From Erysipelotrichaceae bacterium (lineage in GTDB: Bacteria; Bacillota_I; Bacilli_A; Erysipelotrichales; Erysipelotrichaceae), in NCBI GenBank assembly GCA_030604855.1, contig JAUVVC010000011.1, positions 1-32,000 of the forward strand: DNA of 32,000 nucleotides, in the 5' to 3' direction. Positions 7,088-14,539 of the stretch are shown piece after piece; the first letter of the stretch is position 1, and each line of letters begins with the position of its first letter. Both the position numbers and the translations under genes were made by a program. A model generated the notes under the pieces. The model was not told the DNA's origin, searched no databases, and saw only the letters and a program-made list of their open reading frames with translations.

Positions 7088-7383
7088 TTTGCTTTATTCA
7101 AGGTATCCAAAGCTAAATCCAAAACCGCTTCACCGTTCATCGTTCCATAGTTGTTCATATCGATGAACGCATAGGGAATCTTGACTTCCTTGGCATAGAT
7201 TTTGTGTAGATAACGCACTTGAGGTGCGATAAGTAAGACGTCCGCACCTTCTAATCTTTGAAATGAACGAGAGCCATAAGCATCAATCGAACAATCCAAA
7301 TCACGCTTTTTAGCGGCTTCCCGCATCTTTGTCATCAGTAAACTGCTGGATAAGCCCCCAGCACAAAACATGACGATCCTCAT
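7075..7383 (-). CDS. PTS EIIB domain protein, lactose/cellobiose family (orphan; no EIIC/EIIA in window)
   Basis: 102 aa. MRIVMFCAGGLSSSLLMTKMR...ADVLLIAPQV...YGTMNG matches the phosphocysteine loop and overall pattern of ChbB-type EIIB (E. coli ChbB ...FCSAGMSTSLLVSKMR...ADVVLLGPQI...). Its ATG overlaps the upstream phnE stop (ATGA, 7380-7383). Confidence 0.85.
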   Translation of the reverse strand: MRIVMFCAGGLSSSLLMTKMREAAKKRDLDCSIDAYGSRSFQRLEGADVLLIAPQVRYLHKIYAKEVKIPYAFIDMNNYGTMNGEAVLDLALDTLNKAKNPD

Positions 7384-8192
7384 GCGAGCTTCTTACGTAA
7401 CTGAGTTGAAATGGCCTCAACAATCAAGACAAAGATGATCAAGCCGACTAGTAATGCGCCGGCATCTTTCCATCGATAAGCATTGATCGCAAAGATCAAC
7501 GGAGCACCAATACCACCTGCCCCGACCATTCCTAAGATGGTGGCATACTTGACATTGATTTCAAAACGATAAATGGCTGTAGAAAGGAAATTACTTAGAA
7601 GTTGTGGAATGATGCCATATTGAATCTTCTGGATACGATCACAACCCGCCGCATCCAAGGCTTCAATGATGCCTGGGTCCAGTTCTTCAATGATTTCGAT
7701 ATAGAGTTTGGAAATCATTCCCACACTCGCAATCGCCAAGGTCAATACACCCGTGAAGGCACCAGGGCCCGTAACACGAATGAACATCAAACCATAGACA
7801 ACCGCTGGGAAGGTACGGATGACAGTAATGATCGCAACACCAATGTGTGCGACCCATGAAGGAACGACATTTCTAGAAGACAAAAAGGCCATTGGAATGG
7901 AAATGATCGCCCCTACGATTGTGCCTAGAAATGCGATCGCGGCCGTTTCCAACAAGAGATATGGAACGCCACCTTTCGTTGAAAAATTAAGTAGGAATTC
8001 TAGATTCGGTGTAAAGATGCTTTGGATGATCGCACCTGCGATATCCACACCGGTTTCGGTCAACCCCTTGATTTCGACATACTGCGTAGACAGAAATAGA
8101 ATCAAGAGATTAAGTACGATGATGGCTGTGTTCTTAAGCAACACCTTTGGCTGCTTACTCAATTGTTCATTGACACGTGAATTTAAACTCAT
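7380..8192 (-). CDS. phnE: Phosphonate-type ABC transporter permease
   Basis: 270 aa, polytopic. PhnE-type EAA region EALDAAGCDRIQKIQYGIIPQLL...YRFEINVKYATILGMVGAGGIG. ATGA overlap with the preceding permease gene at 8189-8192. Confidence 0.85.
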   Translation of the reverse strand: MSLNSRVNEQLSKQPKVLLKNTAIIVLNLLILFLSTQYVEIKGLTETGVDIAGAIIQSIFTPNLEFLLNFSTKGGVPYLLLETAAIAFLGTIVGAIISIPMAFLSSRNVVPSWVAHIGVAIITVIRTFPAVVYGLMFIRVTGPGAFTGVLTLAIASVGMISKLYIEIIEELDPGIIEALDAAGCDRIQKIQYGIIPQLLSNFLSTAIYRFEINVKYATILGMVGAGGIGAPLIFAINAYRWKDAGALLVGLIIFVLIVEAISTQLRKKLA

Positions 8193-9010
8193 AATAATTT
8201 CTTCCTTATCGTACGACTCAAACTCTCAATCATATATACGGTAATCATCATGACCAACAAAATCAAACCCACATCTGGGTAGACACGCCAACCCAAACGC
8301 TCATTGAGAATCAAACCGATTCCCCCAGCGCCGACATAACCCAAGATAGCCGCATTACGAATGTTCATTTCGAAGTTATAAAGAACTAAAGAGAAATATT
8401 GACCCCAAAGTTGTGGCATGATGGCAACCCAGAACGCCTGGATACGACTTGCCCCACTGGACATCAACGCTTCAAAAGGTCCCATATCGGCTGTATCAAT
8501 CAACTCATAAAACATCTTCGTCATGATGGTGAACGTAAAGATTCCTATCGCCATCGTCCCTGCAAAAGCACCGATACCAAAGATGATTCTAAACAACAAG
8601 GCCAATACCAAGATCGGGAAAGTACGGACCACACTTAGAAATGCTTTGGTGATGAACTTTACAAACTTACTCTTCATCATATTCTCAGATGAGATATAGG
8701 CAGCAGGAAGTGCCAACAAGGATCCAATAACGGTCCCTAAGATGGACATCATGATGGTAGCCAACAAGGGTTCCCAAACCTTCTCAAAATACGCGAAATT
8801 CGGTGGAATCATGCCATCCAGAATGACAAAGAACTGATACCCACGTCTAAAGAGCGTAGCCAGTTTAAAGCCCGTCAACTGGATGCTGTAGAGCGTCATG
8901 AACGTCAAAATAGGAACGACATAGATCGCTGGACTCATCTTCGGTTGGATGACCTTCCCATTACTCAAAGTAATGGGTTTCGGTAGAAACAAACGTTTGA
9001 TTCGTTCCAT
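8189..9010 (-). CDS. phnE: Phosphonate-type ABC transporter permease
   Basis: 273 aa, polytopic. EALMSSGASRIQAFWVAIMPQLW...YNFEMNIRNAAILGYVGAGGIG. It starts 1 nt after the phnC stop. Confidence 0.85.
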   Translation of the reverse strand: MERIKRLFLPKPITLSNGKVIQPKMSPAIYVVPILTFMTLYSIQLTGFKLATLFRRGYQFFVILDGMIPPNFAYFEKVWEPLLATIMMSILGTVIGSLLALPAAYISSENMMKSKFVKFITKAFLSVVRTFPILVLALLFRIIFGIGAFAGTMAIGIFTFTIMTKMFYELIDTADMGPFEALMSSGASRIQAFWVAIMPQLWGQYFSLVLYNFEMNIRNAAILGYVGAGGIGLILNERLGWRVYPDVGLILLVMMITVYMIESLSRTIRKKLL

Positions 9011-9011
9011 A

Positions 9012-9776
9012 CTAGTGTTCCATTAATTCATCATCACTGAGTTCACGTCCATAGATCTCTTTCAAGATTTGGTTATTCACTTTCGTGGATGGACCATCAA
9101 AGATGATTTTTCCCTCTTTTATACCAATCACACGTTTCGCAAACTTCAATGCGATATCCACATGGTGCATGTTCGCAATAACGGTGATATTGAGTTCCTT
9201 ATTGATCTTAACAAAATCATTCATCACTTGATTCGAAGTAACAGGATCCAACGACGCGACTGGCTCATCCGCAAGAATGATCTTGGGTTGTTGAGCTAAG
9301 CAACGTGCCAAGGCAACACGCTGTTGTTGGCCACCGGACAATTGATCGGCCCGTGTATACGCCTTCTCCAAAATACCCACCTGGTCCAAGGCTTCCAACG
9401 CAATGATCTTATTCTTCTTGGTATACAAACCCATCAGGCTCATCCACAACGGCATGTCCGCAACACGTGCAGCCAAGACATTCTTGATGACCGATGTTCG
9501 CTTGACAAGGTTGAACGATTGGAAAACCATTCCGATATCGCGACGAAAACGACGCAACTCTTTCCCTTTCAAACTCGACACATCCACACCATTGACCAAC
9601 AGTTTACCCTCGGTAATGGTATGCATTTGATTGATGGATCTTAAAAGTGTGCTTTTACCCGCACCCGATAAACCAATGATGGCCACAAAATCACCTTGTT
9701 CAACTTCTAAACTGACACCCTTCAGTGCTTGTACGCCATTTGGATAGGTCTTAACAACATTCTGAAACTGAATCAT
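9012..9776 (-). CDS. phnC: Phosphonate-type ABC transporter ATP-binding protein
   Basis: Walker A GLSGAGKST, signature LSGGQQQRV, Walker B ILADEP. AAGGAG SD. Operon context with phnD and phnE. Confidence 0.85.
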   Translation of the reverse strand: MIQFQNVVKTYPNGVQALKGVSLEVEQGDFVAIIGLSGAGKSTLLRSINQMHTITEGKLLVNGVDVSSLKGKELRRFRRDIGMVFQSFNLVKRTSVIKNVLAARVADMPLWMSLMGLYTKKNKIIALEALDQVGILEKAYTRADQLSGGQQQRVALARCLAQQPKIILADEPVASLDPVTSNQVMNDFVKINKELNITVIANMHHVDIALKFAKRVIGIKEGKIIFDGPSTKVNNQILKEIYGRELSDDELMEH

Positions 9777-9795
9777 AGTGAGACTCCTTTGATAT

Positions 9796-9824
9796 AAAAA
9801 AGAGAGCGAGGTTTAACCTCGCTC
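9796..9824 (-). terminator. Intercistronic hairpin plus U-tract between phnD and phnC (partial terminator/attenuator)
   Basis: Minus strand reads GAGCGAGG-UUAAA-CCUCGCUC followed by UCUUUUUU, located between the phnD stop (9834) and the phnC SD. Confidence 0.6.
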
Positions 9825-9833
9825 AATTGCTAA

Positions 9834-10865
9834 TTAACCCTTTGCGACTTCTGCAGCGCGACGAGCACCATCGTAATCCGCATCTGTAACGACTTTATAA
9901 CCTTCATGGTTATAAATCTTGATAGCCGTCAAACCAGCTTCGGTTTGAGCGATTTCGATAAATGATTCTTGAACGGCTTTTTTGAAGTTTTCAGTAACTT
10001 CTAGATTATTCTTACTTACGGAAATCGTGTCATTGAAGATACCTTCAGTAACGCCGATGACATCAGTTTCTTCCCAAATAGGCGTTGTACGCTTCCATTC
10101 CGTCGTCCATTGACCTTCATAGTCACGACGGATGTCCGCATAACCAACACCCACATCACATGTACCATTGGACAGGTTCAAAGCGATATCGCCATAACCA
10201 CCTGGTAATGGGGCCTTGGTCAAATCGGATAACTTCTTGTCAAAGTTTTCCAACAACCACATCGTAGGATAAACATAACCAGCAGATGAAGTAGCACTAC
10301 TGGATACACACCATTGTGCACCATTGACATCATCCCAAGTCAAAGCCGTTCCAGCATTGACTTTTTCAGCCAACATACGACCATATTCGCTTGGTCCAGC
10401 ATAAATCAATGAACGGTAATAAGTGACTTGATTGTTGGAATCGCCTAATGTAGGTTGGCCATCATTCCAATCCTTAGCAACTTCACTGTCTTTATTCAAG
10501 CCAGCACGCGTAGCAGCTAAAGCAACATCCACACCATCAGCGGAATACGCAGCGTATGTTCCACCTGGCAAGAACCCGATATGAGCGGTACCGGCAGCCA
10601 AAGCTTCACCAGCAGCATTATAATCTGTGGTAACTTCGATGGTAACGTTCTGAACGGTATAACCACGTTCGCCCATTGCGTCAATCAACATTTGCTTCAA
10701 TGGCTCTGTCGCTTCCAAGATCAAACCTGGGTCACGGCTAGGAACAAACAATACAACGAGATCTTCAATCGTCGTGTCTTCAACCACTTCAGGCTCTTTT
10801 GCACAAGCCGTCAAGGATCCAATCACTAAGATCGAAATCAACAAGATGCCTAAAATCTTCTTCAT
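9834..10865 (-). CDS. phnD: PhnD-family (phosphate/phosphite/phosphonate) substrate-binding lipoprotein
   Basis: Signal plus lipobox MKKILGILLISILVIGSLTAC. PhnD-like motifs YYRSLIY and the Ser/Thr-rich loop SSSATSSAGYVYP. AGGAGG SD. Confidence 0.8.
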   Translation of the reverse strand: MKKILGILLISILVIGSLTACAKEPEVVEDTTIEDLVVLFVPSRDPGLILEATEPLKQMLIDAMGERGYTVQNVTIEVTTDYNAAGEALAAGTAHIGFLPGGTYAAYSADGVDVALAATRAGLNKDSEVAKDWNDGQPTLGDSNNQVTYYRSLIYAGPSEYGRMLAEKVNAGTALTWDDVNGAQWCVSSSATSSAGYVYPTMWLLENFDKKLSDLTKAPLPGGYGDIALNLSNGTCDVGVGYADIRRDYEGQWTTEWKRTTPIWEETDVIGVTEGIFNDTISVSKNNLEVTENFKKAVQESFIEIAQTEAGLTAIKIYNHEGYKVVTDADYDGARRAAEVAKG

Positions 10866-10875
10866 TCGATGTCCT

Positions 10876-10898
10876 CCTGTAATGTTAAATTACAGGAT
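10876..10898 (-). promoter_or_regulatory. Stem-loop in the phnD 5' leader whose 3' arm includes part of the SD
   Basis: 9-bp arms tcctgtaat (10876-10884) and attacagga (10890-10898). On the mRNA the 3' arm AUUACAGGA runs into the SD CAGGAGG, 7 nt before the AUG at 10865. Confidence 0.4.
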
Positions 10899-10967
10899 AA
10901 TTTTAACATAGACCACCCCTCAGCTCAACGCACAATCAAGCAAGTTTGTTAAGATGTCCAAACATTT

Positions 10968-10976
10968 TGTTATAAT
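10968..10976 (+). promoter_or_regulatory. Extended -10 promoter (TGTTATAAT) predicting a leaderless mRNA
   Basis: TGnTATAAT at 10968-10976, with the ATG at 10983 only 6 nt after the -10 element. There is no SD. No alternative in-frame start exists back to the TAA at 10950-10952. Confidence 0.5.
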
Positions 10977-10982
10977 GAACGC

Positions 10983-12476
10983 ATGAAACAAAATCTTATC
11001 CTCTGCACATCCGATGTGCATGGAACCTTATCCGCCTATTCCTATTTGAATGGTTTCCTTACAAACAATGGTTTATCACGCTATAAAACAGCCGTTGAGC
11101 AATGGCGTATTCAGAATGACATCATCGTTGTGGACAATGGGGACAGTCTTCAGGGCAGCCCTTTGATGACCTATGCATTGAACATGCATGCCAAACCCAA
11201 TCCTTTAGCCACTGTATTCAATCAAATAGGCGTTGATTATGTGAATATCGGCAATCATGACTTTAATTATGGTGAATCTGCCCTATTAAACTATTTGGAA
11301 GATCTCAACGCCTTATGTCTCACATCCAATATTCTTTATCAAAATGAGCCCATTGGACATACCGTTGTCCATCAGACAGCCCATGAACGCATCGCCTTGA
11401 TTGGTTTGTGTACCGACTACATCCCCAATTGGGAGAAACCAGAACACATCAAAAACTTCAAATTCCTAGACCCCATTGAGGTCCTCAAACAAGAAATCGT
11501 TAAAGCGGATGCCGATAAGATCATCGTCTTTTATCATGGTGGATTTGAACGCGATCTAAACGATGGACATCCTACAGAGAAACTCACCGGTGAGAACGTC
11601 GGGTACGCGATTCTAAACACTCCAGGTGTCGATGCGCTCTTCAGCGGTCACCAACATCGATCCATCGCACAAAAAGTCTTAAACAAACCTGCATTACAAT
11701 GTGCACTCAACGCCAATGAGTTCATGGTTCTAGATCTCGATTCAATGAAACCCTCCCTCTATCCAATGAAAGATTACGATGTCGATTCAACGATTGAGAC
11801 CTTGATCAAACCCTTTGATGAACAAACGCAACTCTGGTTGGACCAAGAACTTGGAAGAATTCAAGGTTATGACTTTAAGATCAGAGATGCCTTTCAAGCC
11901 CGTCTACACAAACATCCTTATGTCAGCTTCATCAATCAAGTCCAAAAGGAAGCCACGCAAGCGGATATCTGTGGCACCGCTTTGTTCAATGTGGCCATCG
12001 GCTTGGATGACGTGATCCATTATCGCGACCTGGTTATGAACTATGCCTACCCAAACAGTTTGATCGTCAAGGAAATGAGTGGCAAAGTATTGCGTGCATA
12101 CTTGGAACAATGTGCAGAGTACTTTATCGTCAAAGATGGTCAGATCGCCGTGAATCCCTTATTTGATGAACCCAAGCCTCAACACTTCAACTATGACATG
12201 TTGGATGGGATTGAATACACACTGAAGATATCGAAGCCTGTTGGACATCGTGTCATTGAGCTTAAGTTCAACGGCAAAGTTATTCAAGATGATGATGTCT
12301 TTACGGTTGCGATGAACAATTATCGTGCATCAGGTGGTGGGAATTTCCACATGATCCCTGAATGTCCAACAGTGATGGAGATTCAACGTGACATGACCGA
12401 TATCATGGCAGAGTATATTCAAGCAAAAAAAATCGTGACGGTTGACCATCACGATAATATCCAGATTATTATTTAG
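10983..12476 (+). CDS. Cytoplasmic bifunctional metallophosphoesterase / 5'-nucleotidase-family protein (CpdB/UshA-like, no signal peptide)
   Basis: 497 aa. Calcineurin-type motifs DVHG, GDSLQG, GNHDF, GH(Q)H and FYHGG. The C-terminal 5'-nucleotidase-type domain ends ...MNNYRASGGGNF. The N-terminus MKQNLILCTSDVHG has no hydrophobic signal. Confidence 0.75.
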   Translation: MKQNLILCTSDVHGTLSAYSYLNGFLTNNGLSRYKTAVEQWRIQNDIIVVDNGDSLQGSPLMTYALNMHAKPNPLATVFNQIGVDYVNIGNHDFNYGESALLNYLEDLNALCLTSNILYQNEPIGHTVVHQTAHERIALIGLCTDYIPNWEKPEHIKNFKFLDPIEVLKQEIVKADADKIIVFYHGGFERDLNDGHPTEKLTGENVGYAILNTPGVDALFSGHQHRSIAQKVLNKPALQCALNANEFMVLDLDSMKPSLYPMKDYDVDSTIETLIKPFDEQTQLWLDQELGRIQGYDFKIRDAFQARLHKHPYVSFINQVQKEATQADICGTALFNVAIGLDDVIHYRDLVMNYAYPNSLIVKEMSGKVLRAYLEQCAEYFIVKDGQIAVNPLFDEPKPQHFNYDMLDGIEYTLKISKPVGHRVIELKFNGKVIQDDDVFTVAMNNYRASGGGNFHMIPECPTVMEIQRDMTDIMAEYIQAKKIVTVDHHDNIQIII

Positions 12477-13483
12477 TTGAAGATTTCTTGAAGATAATCA
12501 TATGCTTTGGCATAAACATCAAAATGCTCAGGACTTGTCTCCACAAAACCCTTGATTTGCATCTGTTCAAAGAGAGGGTTTTTAATATCTGCGGAAACCA
12601 TCGCAACAAGCACATTCTGTAAATCTTGCACAAAGACTTCATCATATTTTGTCTGTCCATCCCGATAGACCACCACATCATGGGGAATCGCATCCGTAAG
12701 CGCGAATAATTCCAATTCAGAATAGATCGAAGCACTGCGATCATAGCCCGCGCTCGACCACTTCGATGCATATTGGTCTCGGATGTCCTCCGGTCCAACA
12801 ACGATGTCACAATTTTGATTCGCAACACGCATCATCATTTCATCGTAACCACGGATGACCCGTTCATGTTGGAAGAGTTCCACGATGCGTCGATCATAGT
12901 TTTCAATCAACCACAAACTAGGGTAGATGTAGCCTTCTAAGGAAGTGACCAAGACATGGCACCACTTCGCTCCATTCAAATCAATCCAAGTGAGTTGCTC
13001 ACCGGTATTGAGTTTCTCTCTGAGCTTCATTGCATACTCCGAACTTCCTAAATATAAGGCTGAACGGTGCGTGGAACTTAATGTTTTACTTGCATCAAGT
13101 TGAACAGGATCATTCCAAGCATCCAATTCTGTTGGATCCAAGTTGTAAGAAGGCTCCAGTTGCGTCAACAAAGGCATCAATCCTTGATCTTTCAAATCAA
13201 AGTACGTCAACTTAGAAATGAACGCAATATCCGCCAAGCCACTGATGATCATCTCACCAGCTTGATGATTGCTCGTCGCACGGATAAGCTCCAGTTTTTG
13301 AACATCGTAACCGGCTTCACGTAACTGTGTTTTCAATTCTTTTTCGAAGGTTTGATCAAGCTGATTGAAAGATTCCACACTGATCGATGGTGAAATGGCA
13401 ACGGTTAAAGATTCAATGGGTTTAGGAGCGAAAACCGTGCACGCTTGAAGCAAAAGCAGGCTTAAGAAGAGGAACTTTTTCAT
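12473..13483 (-). CDS. Divergent PhnD-family substrate-binding lipoprotein (paralog of 9834-10865)
   Basis: A canonical lipoprotein signal MKKFLFLSLLLLQAC starts at ATG 13483. The ORF stays open upstream to GTG 13528, which overlaps the EIIB stop. It aligns by eye with PhnD-1, e.g. LTWIDLNGAKWC...GYIYPSLWLIENYD versus LTWDDVNGAQWC...GYVYPTMWLLENFD. Confidence 0.7.
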   Translation of the reverse strand: MKKFLFLSLLLLQACTVFAPKPIESLTVAISPSISVESFNQLDQTFEKELKTQLREAGYDVQKLELIRATSNHQAGEMIISGLADIAFISKLTYFDLKDQGLMPLLTQLEPSYNLDPTELDAWNDPVQLDASKTLSSTHRSALYLGSSEYAMKLREKLNTGEQLTWIDLNGAKWCHVLVTSLEGYIYPSLWLIENYDRRIVELFQHERVIRGYDEMMMRVANQNCDIVVGPEDIRDQYASKWSSAGYDRSASIYSELELFALTDAIPHDVVVYRDGQTKYDEVFVQDLQNVLVAMVSADIKNPLFEQMQIKGFVETSPEHFDVYAKAYDYLQEIFN

Positions 13484-13524
13484 GTGTAATGATTGTATCA
13501 TAAAAAAATCGTATAAAACGATTT

Positions 13525-13824
13525 TCACTCATCCTTCATGAGCTTGCGGGCTTGAGCCAAGACCATTCCACCATTCATGGTGCCATAGGCAACATCATTG
13601 ATGGCTTGGACTGGGCATGGGATTTTTTCTTGCAATTCTTTGACTCGGAATGCGATTTGTGGTCCAACCAAAACAGCATCCGCATCTTGAGCGTACTGAG
13701 GATTGGTCGCCGCAAACGCTTCAACGGTGCAATCATAACCGACTGCCTTTGCCGCATCACGCATCTTGAGGACCAACAGACTGCTGGACATCCCTGCCCC
13801 ACAGAATAATACAATTTTCTTCAT
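13525..13824 (-). CDS. PTS EIIB domain protein, lactose/cellobiose family (second orphan copy)
   Basis: MKKIVLFCGAGMSSSLLVLKMRDAAK...ADAVLVGPQIAF...YGTMNG. The preferred ATG at 13824 is preceded by GAGGTG; the ORF track begins two codons earlier at a GTG (13830). It lies directly upstream of the PhnD-2 gene with no terminator between them. Confidence 0.85.
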   Translation of the reverse strand: MKKIVLFCGAGMSSSLLVLKMRDAAKAVGYDCTVEAFAATNPQYAQDADAVLVGPQIAFRVKELQEKIPCPVQAINDVAYGTMNGGMVLAQARKLMKDE

Positions 13825-13844
13825 GAGCACCTCATTTCAACATC

Positions 13845-13859
13845 CATTATGTCATAATG
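13845..13859. promoter_or_regulatory. Perfect 7-1-7 palindrome upstream of the EIIB-2/PhnD-2 unit (candidate operator)
   Basis: cattatg-t-cataatg at 13845-13859, 21-35 nt upstream of the EIIB-2 ATG. It overlaps a CATAAT -10-like hexamer on the minus strand. Confidence 0.35.
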
Positions 13860-13951
13860 TTCACAAGGTTTCAACGCTTAGAGGCGTTCTATACTTTTAA
13901 GTAAAAAAAGCATATAATAATTGAAAGAGAAGTCATAAAAAAGGAGAAAAT

Positions 13952-14509
13952 ATGGAATACATCGGATATATTTTACTTGGCTTGGTCGTGTTAGTTGGCT
14001 TGTATGTCATGGGTCAATACAATGGACTGATTACCCTCCGCAATCATGTCGAAGAAGCTTTTTCTACGATGGATGTTTATCTAACCAAACGCTATGACTT
14101 GATTCCAAACTTAGTTGAGACTGTCAAAGGTTATGCAAAGCATGAGAAGGAAACCTTCGAAGCGGTCATCTCTGCTCGAAACAAAGCGGTCAATGCGACC
14201 ACGATGGAAGGCAAGATTGAAGCTGAAAATCAAATGAGTGGTGTTTTAGGTCGTTTGTTTGCTTTGGCTGAAGCGTATCCTGAACTCAAAGCGAACGTGA
14301 ATTTCTTGGATCTTCAAAACCAATTGAAAAGTGTTGAAGAAGACATTGCGAATGCTCGCAAGTATTTCAATGGCGTGACCCGACAATACAATACTCGCAT
14401 TCAAGTTTTCCCTACCAACATCATTGCCGGAATCTTCAATTTCACTAAGAAGCCATTATTTGAAGTTGCGGATGAAGCTCAACGTCAAAACGTTAAAGTA
14501 TCATTCTAA
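13952..14509 (+). CDS. lemA: LemA-family membrane protein
   Basis: 185 aa. Single N-terminal TM (YIGYILLGLVVLVGLYVMG), then a LemA-type pattern NGLITLRNHVEEAFSTMDVYLTKRYDLIPNLVETVKGYAKHE. AAGGAG SD. Confidence 0.8.
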   Translation: MEYIGYILLGLVVLVGLYVMGQYNGLITLRNHVEEAFSTMDVYLTKRYDLIPNLVETVKGYAKHEKETFEAVISARNKAVNATTMEGKIEAENQMSGVLGRLFALAEAYPELKANVNFLDLQNQLKSVEEDIANARKYFNGVTRQYNTRIQVFPTNIIAGIFNFTKKPLFEVADEAQRQNVKVSF

Positions 14510-14530
14510 AAGGGTCCCACCCTTTTTTTT
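14510..14530 (+). terminator. Terminator-like hairpin plus T8 between lemA and the DUF2207-like gene
   Basis: aagggt (14510-14515), ccc loop, accctt (14519-14524), within a run of eight T (14523-14530). It is immediately followed by GGAGG and the ATG at 14540. Confidence 0.5.
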
Positions 14531-14539
14531 GGAGGTTTC

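Noticed and set aside
7602-10829. Plus-strand ORFs of 60-141 aa inside the phn genes (7602-7859, 7819-8244, 8399-8638, 9069-9299, 9324-9644, 9403-9630, 10085-10267, 10581-10829)
   Set aside because: All lie antisense to ORFs with clear PhnE/PhnC/PhnD motifs. They have no SD and give low-complexity, Arg/His-rich translations. This is typical of shadow ORFs.
12469-12828. 119-aa minus-strand ORF overlapping the 3' part of the PhnD-2 gene in another frame
   Set aside because: It is out of frame with a gene that aligns convincingly to PhnD-1. It has no SD, and its Arg/Met/Trp-rich composition is unlike real proteins here.
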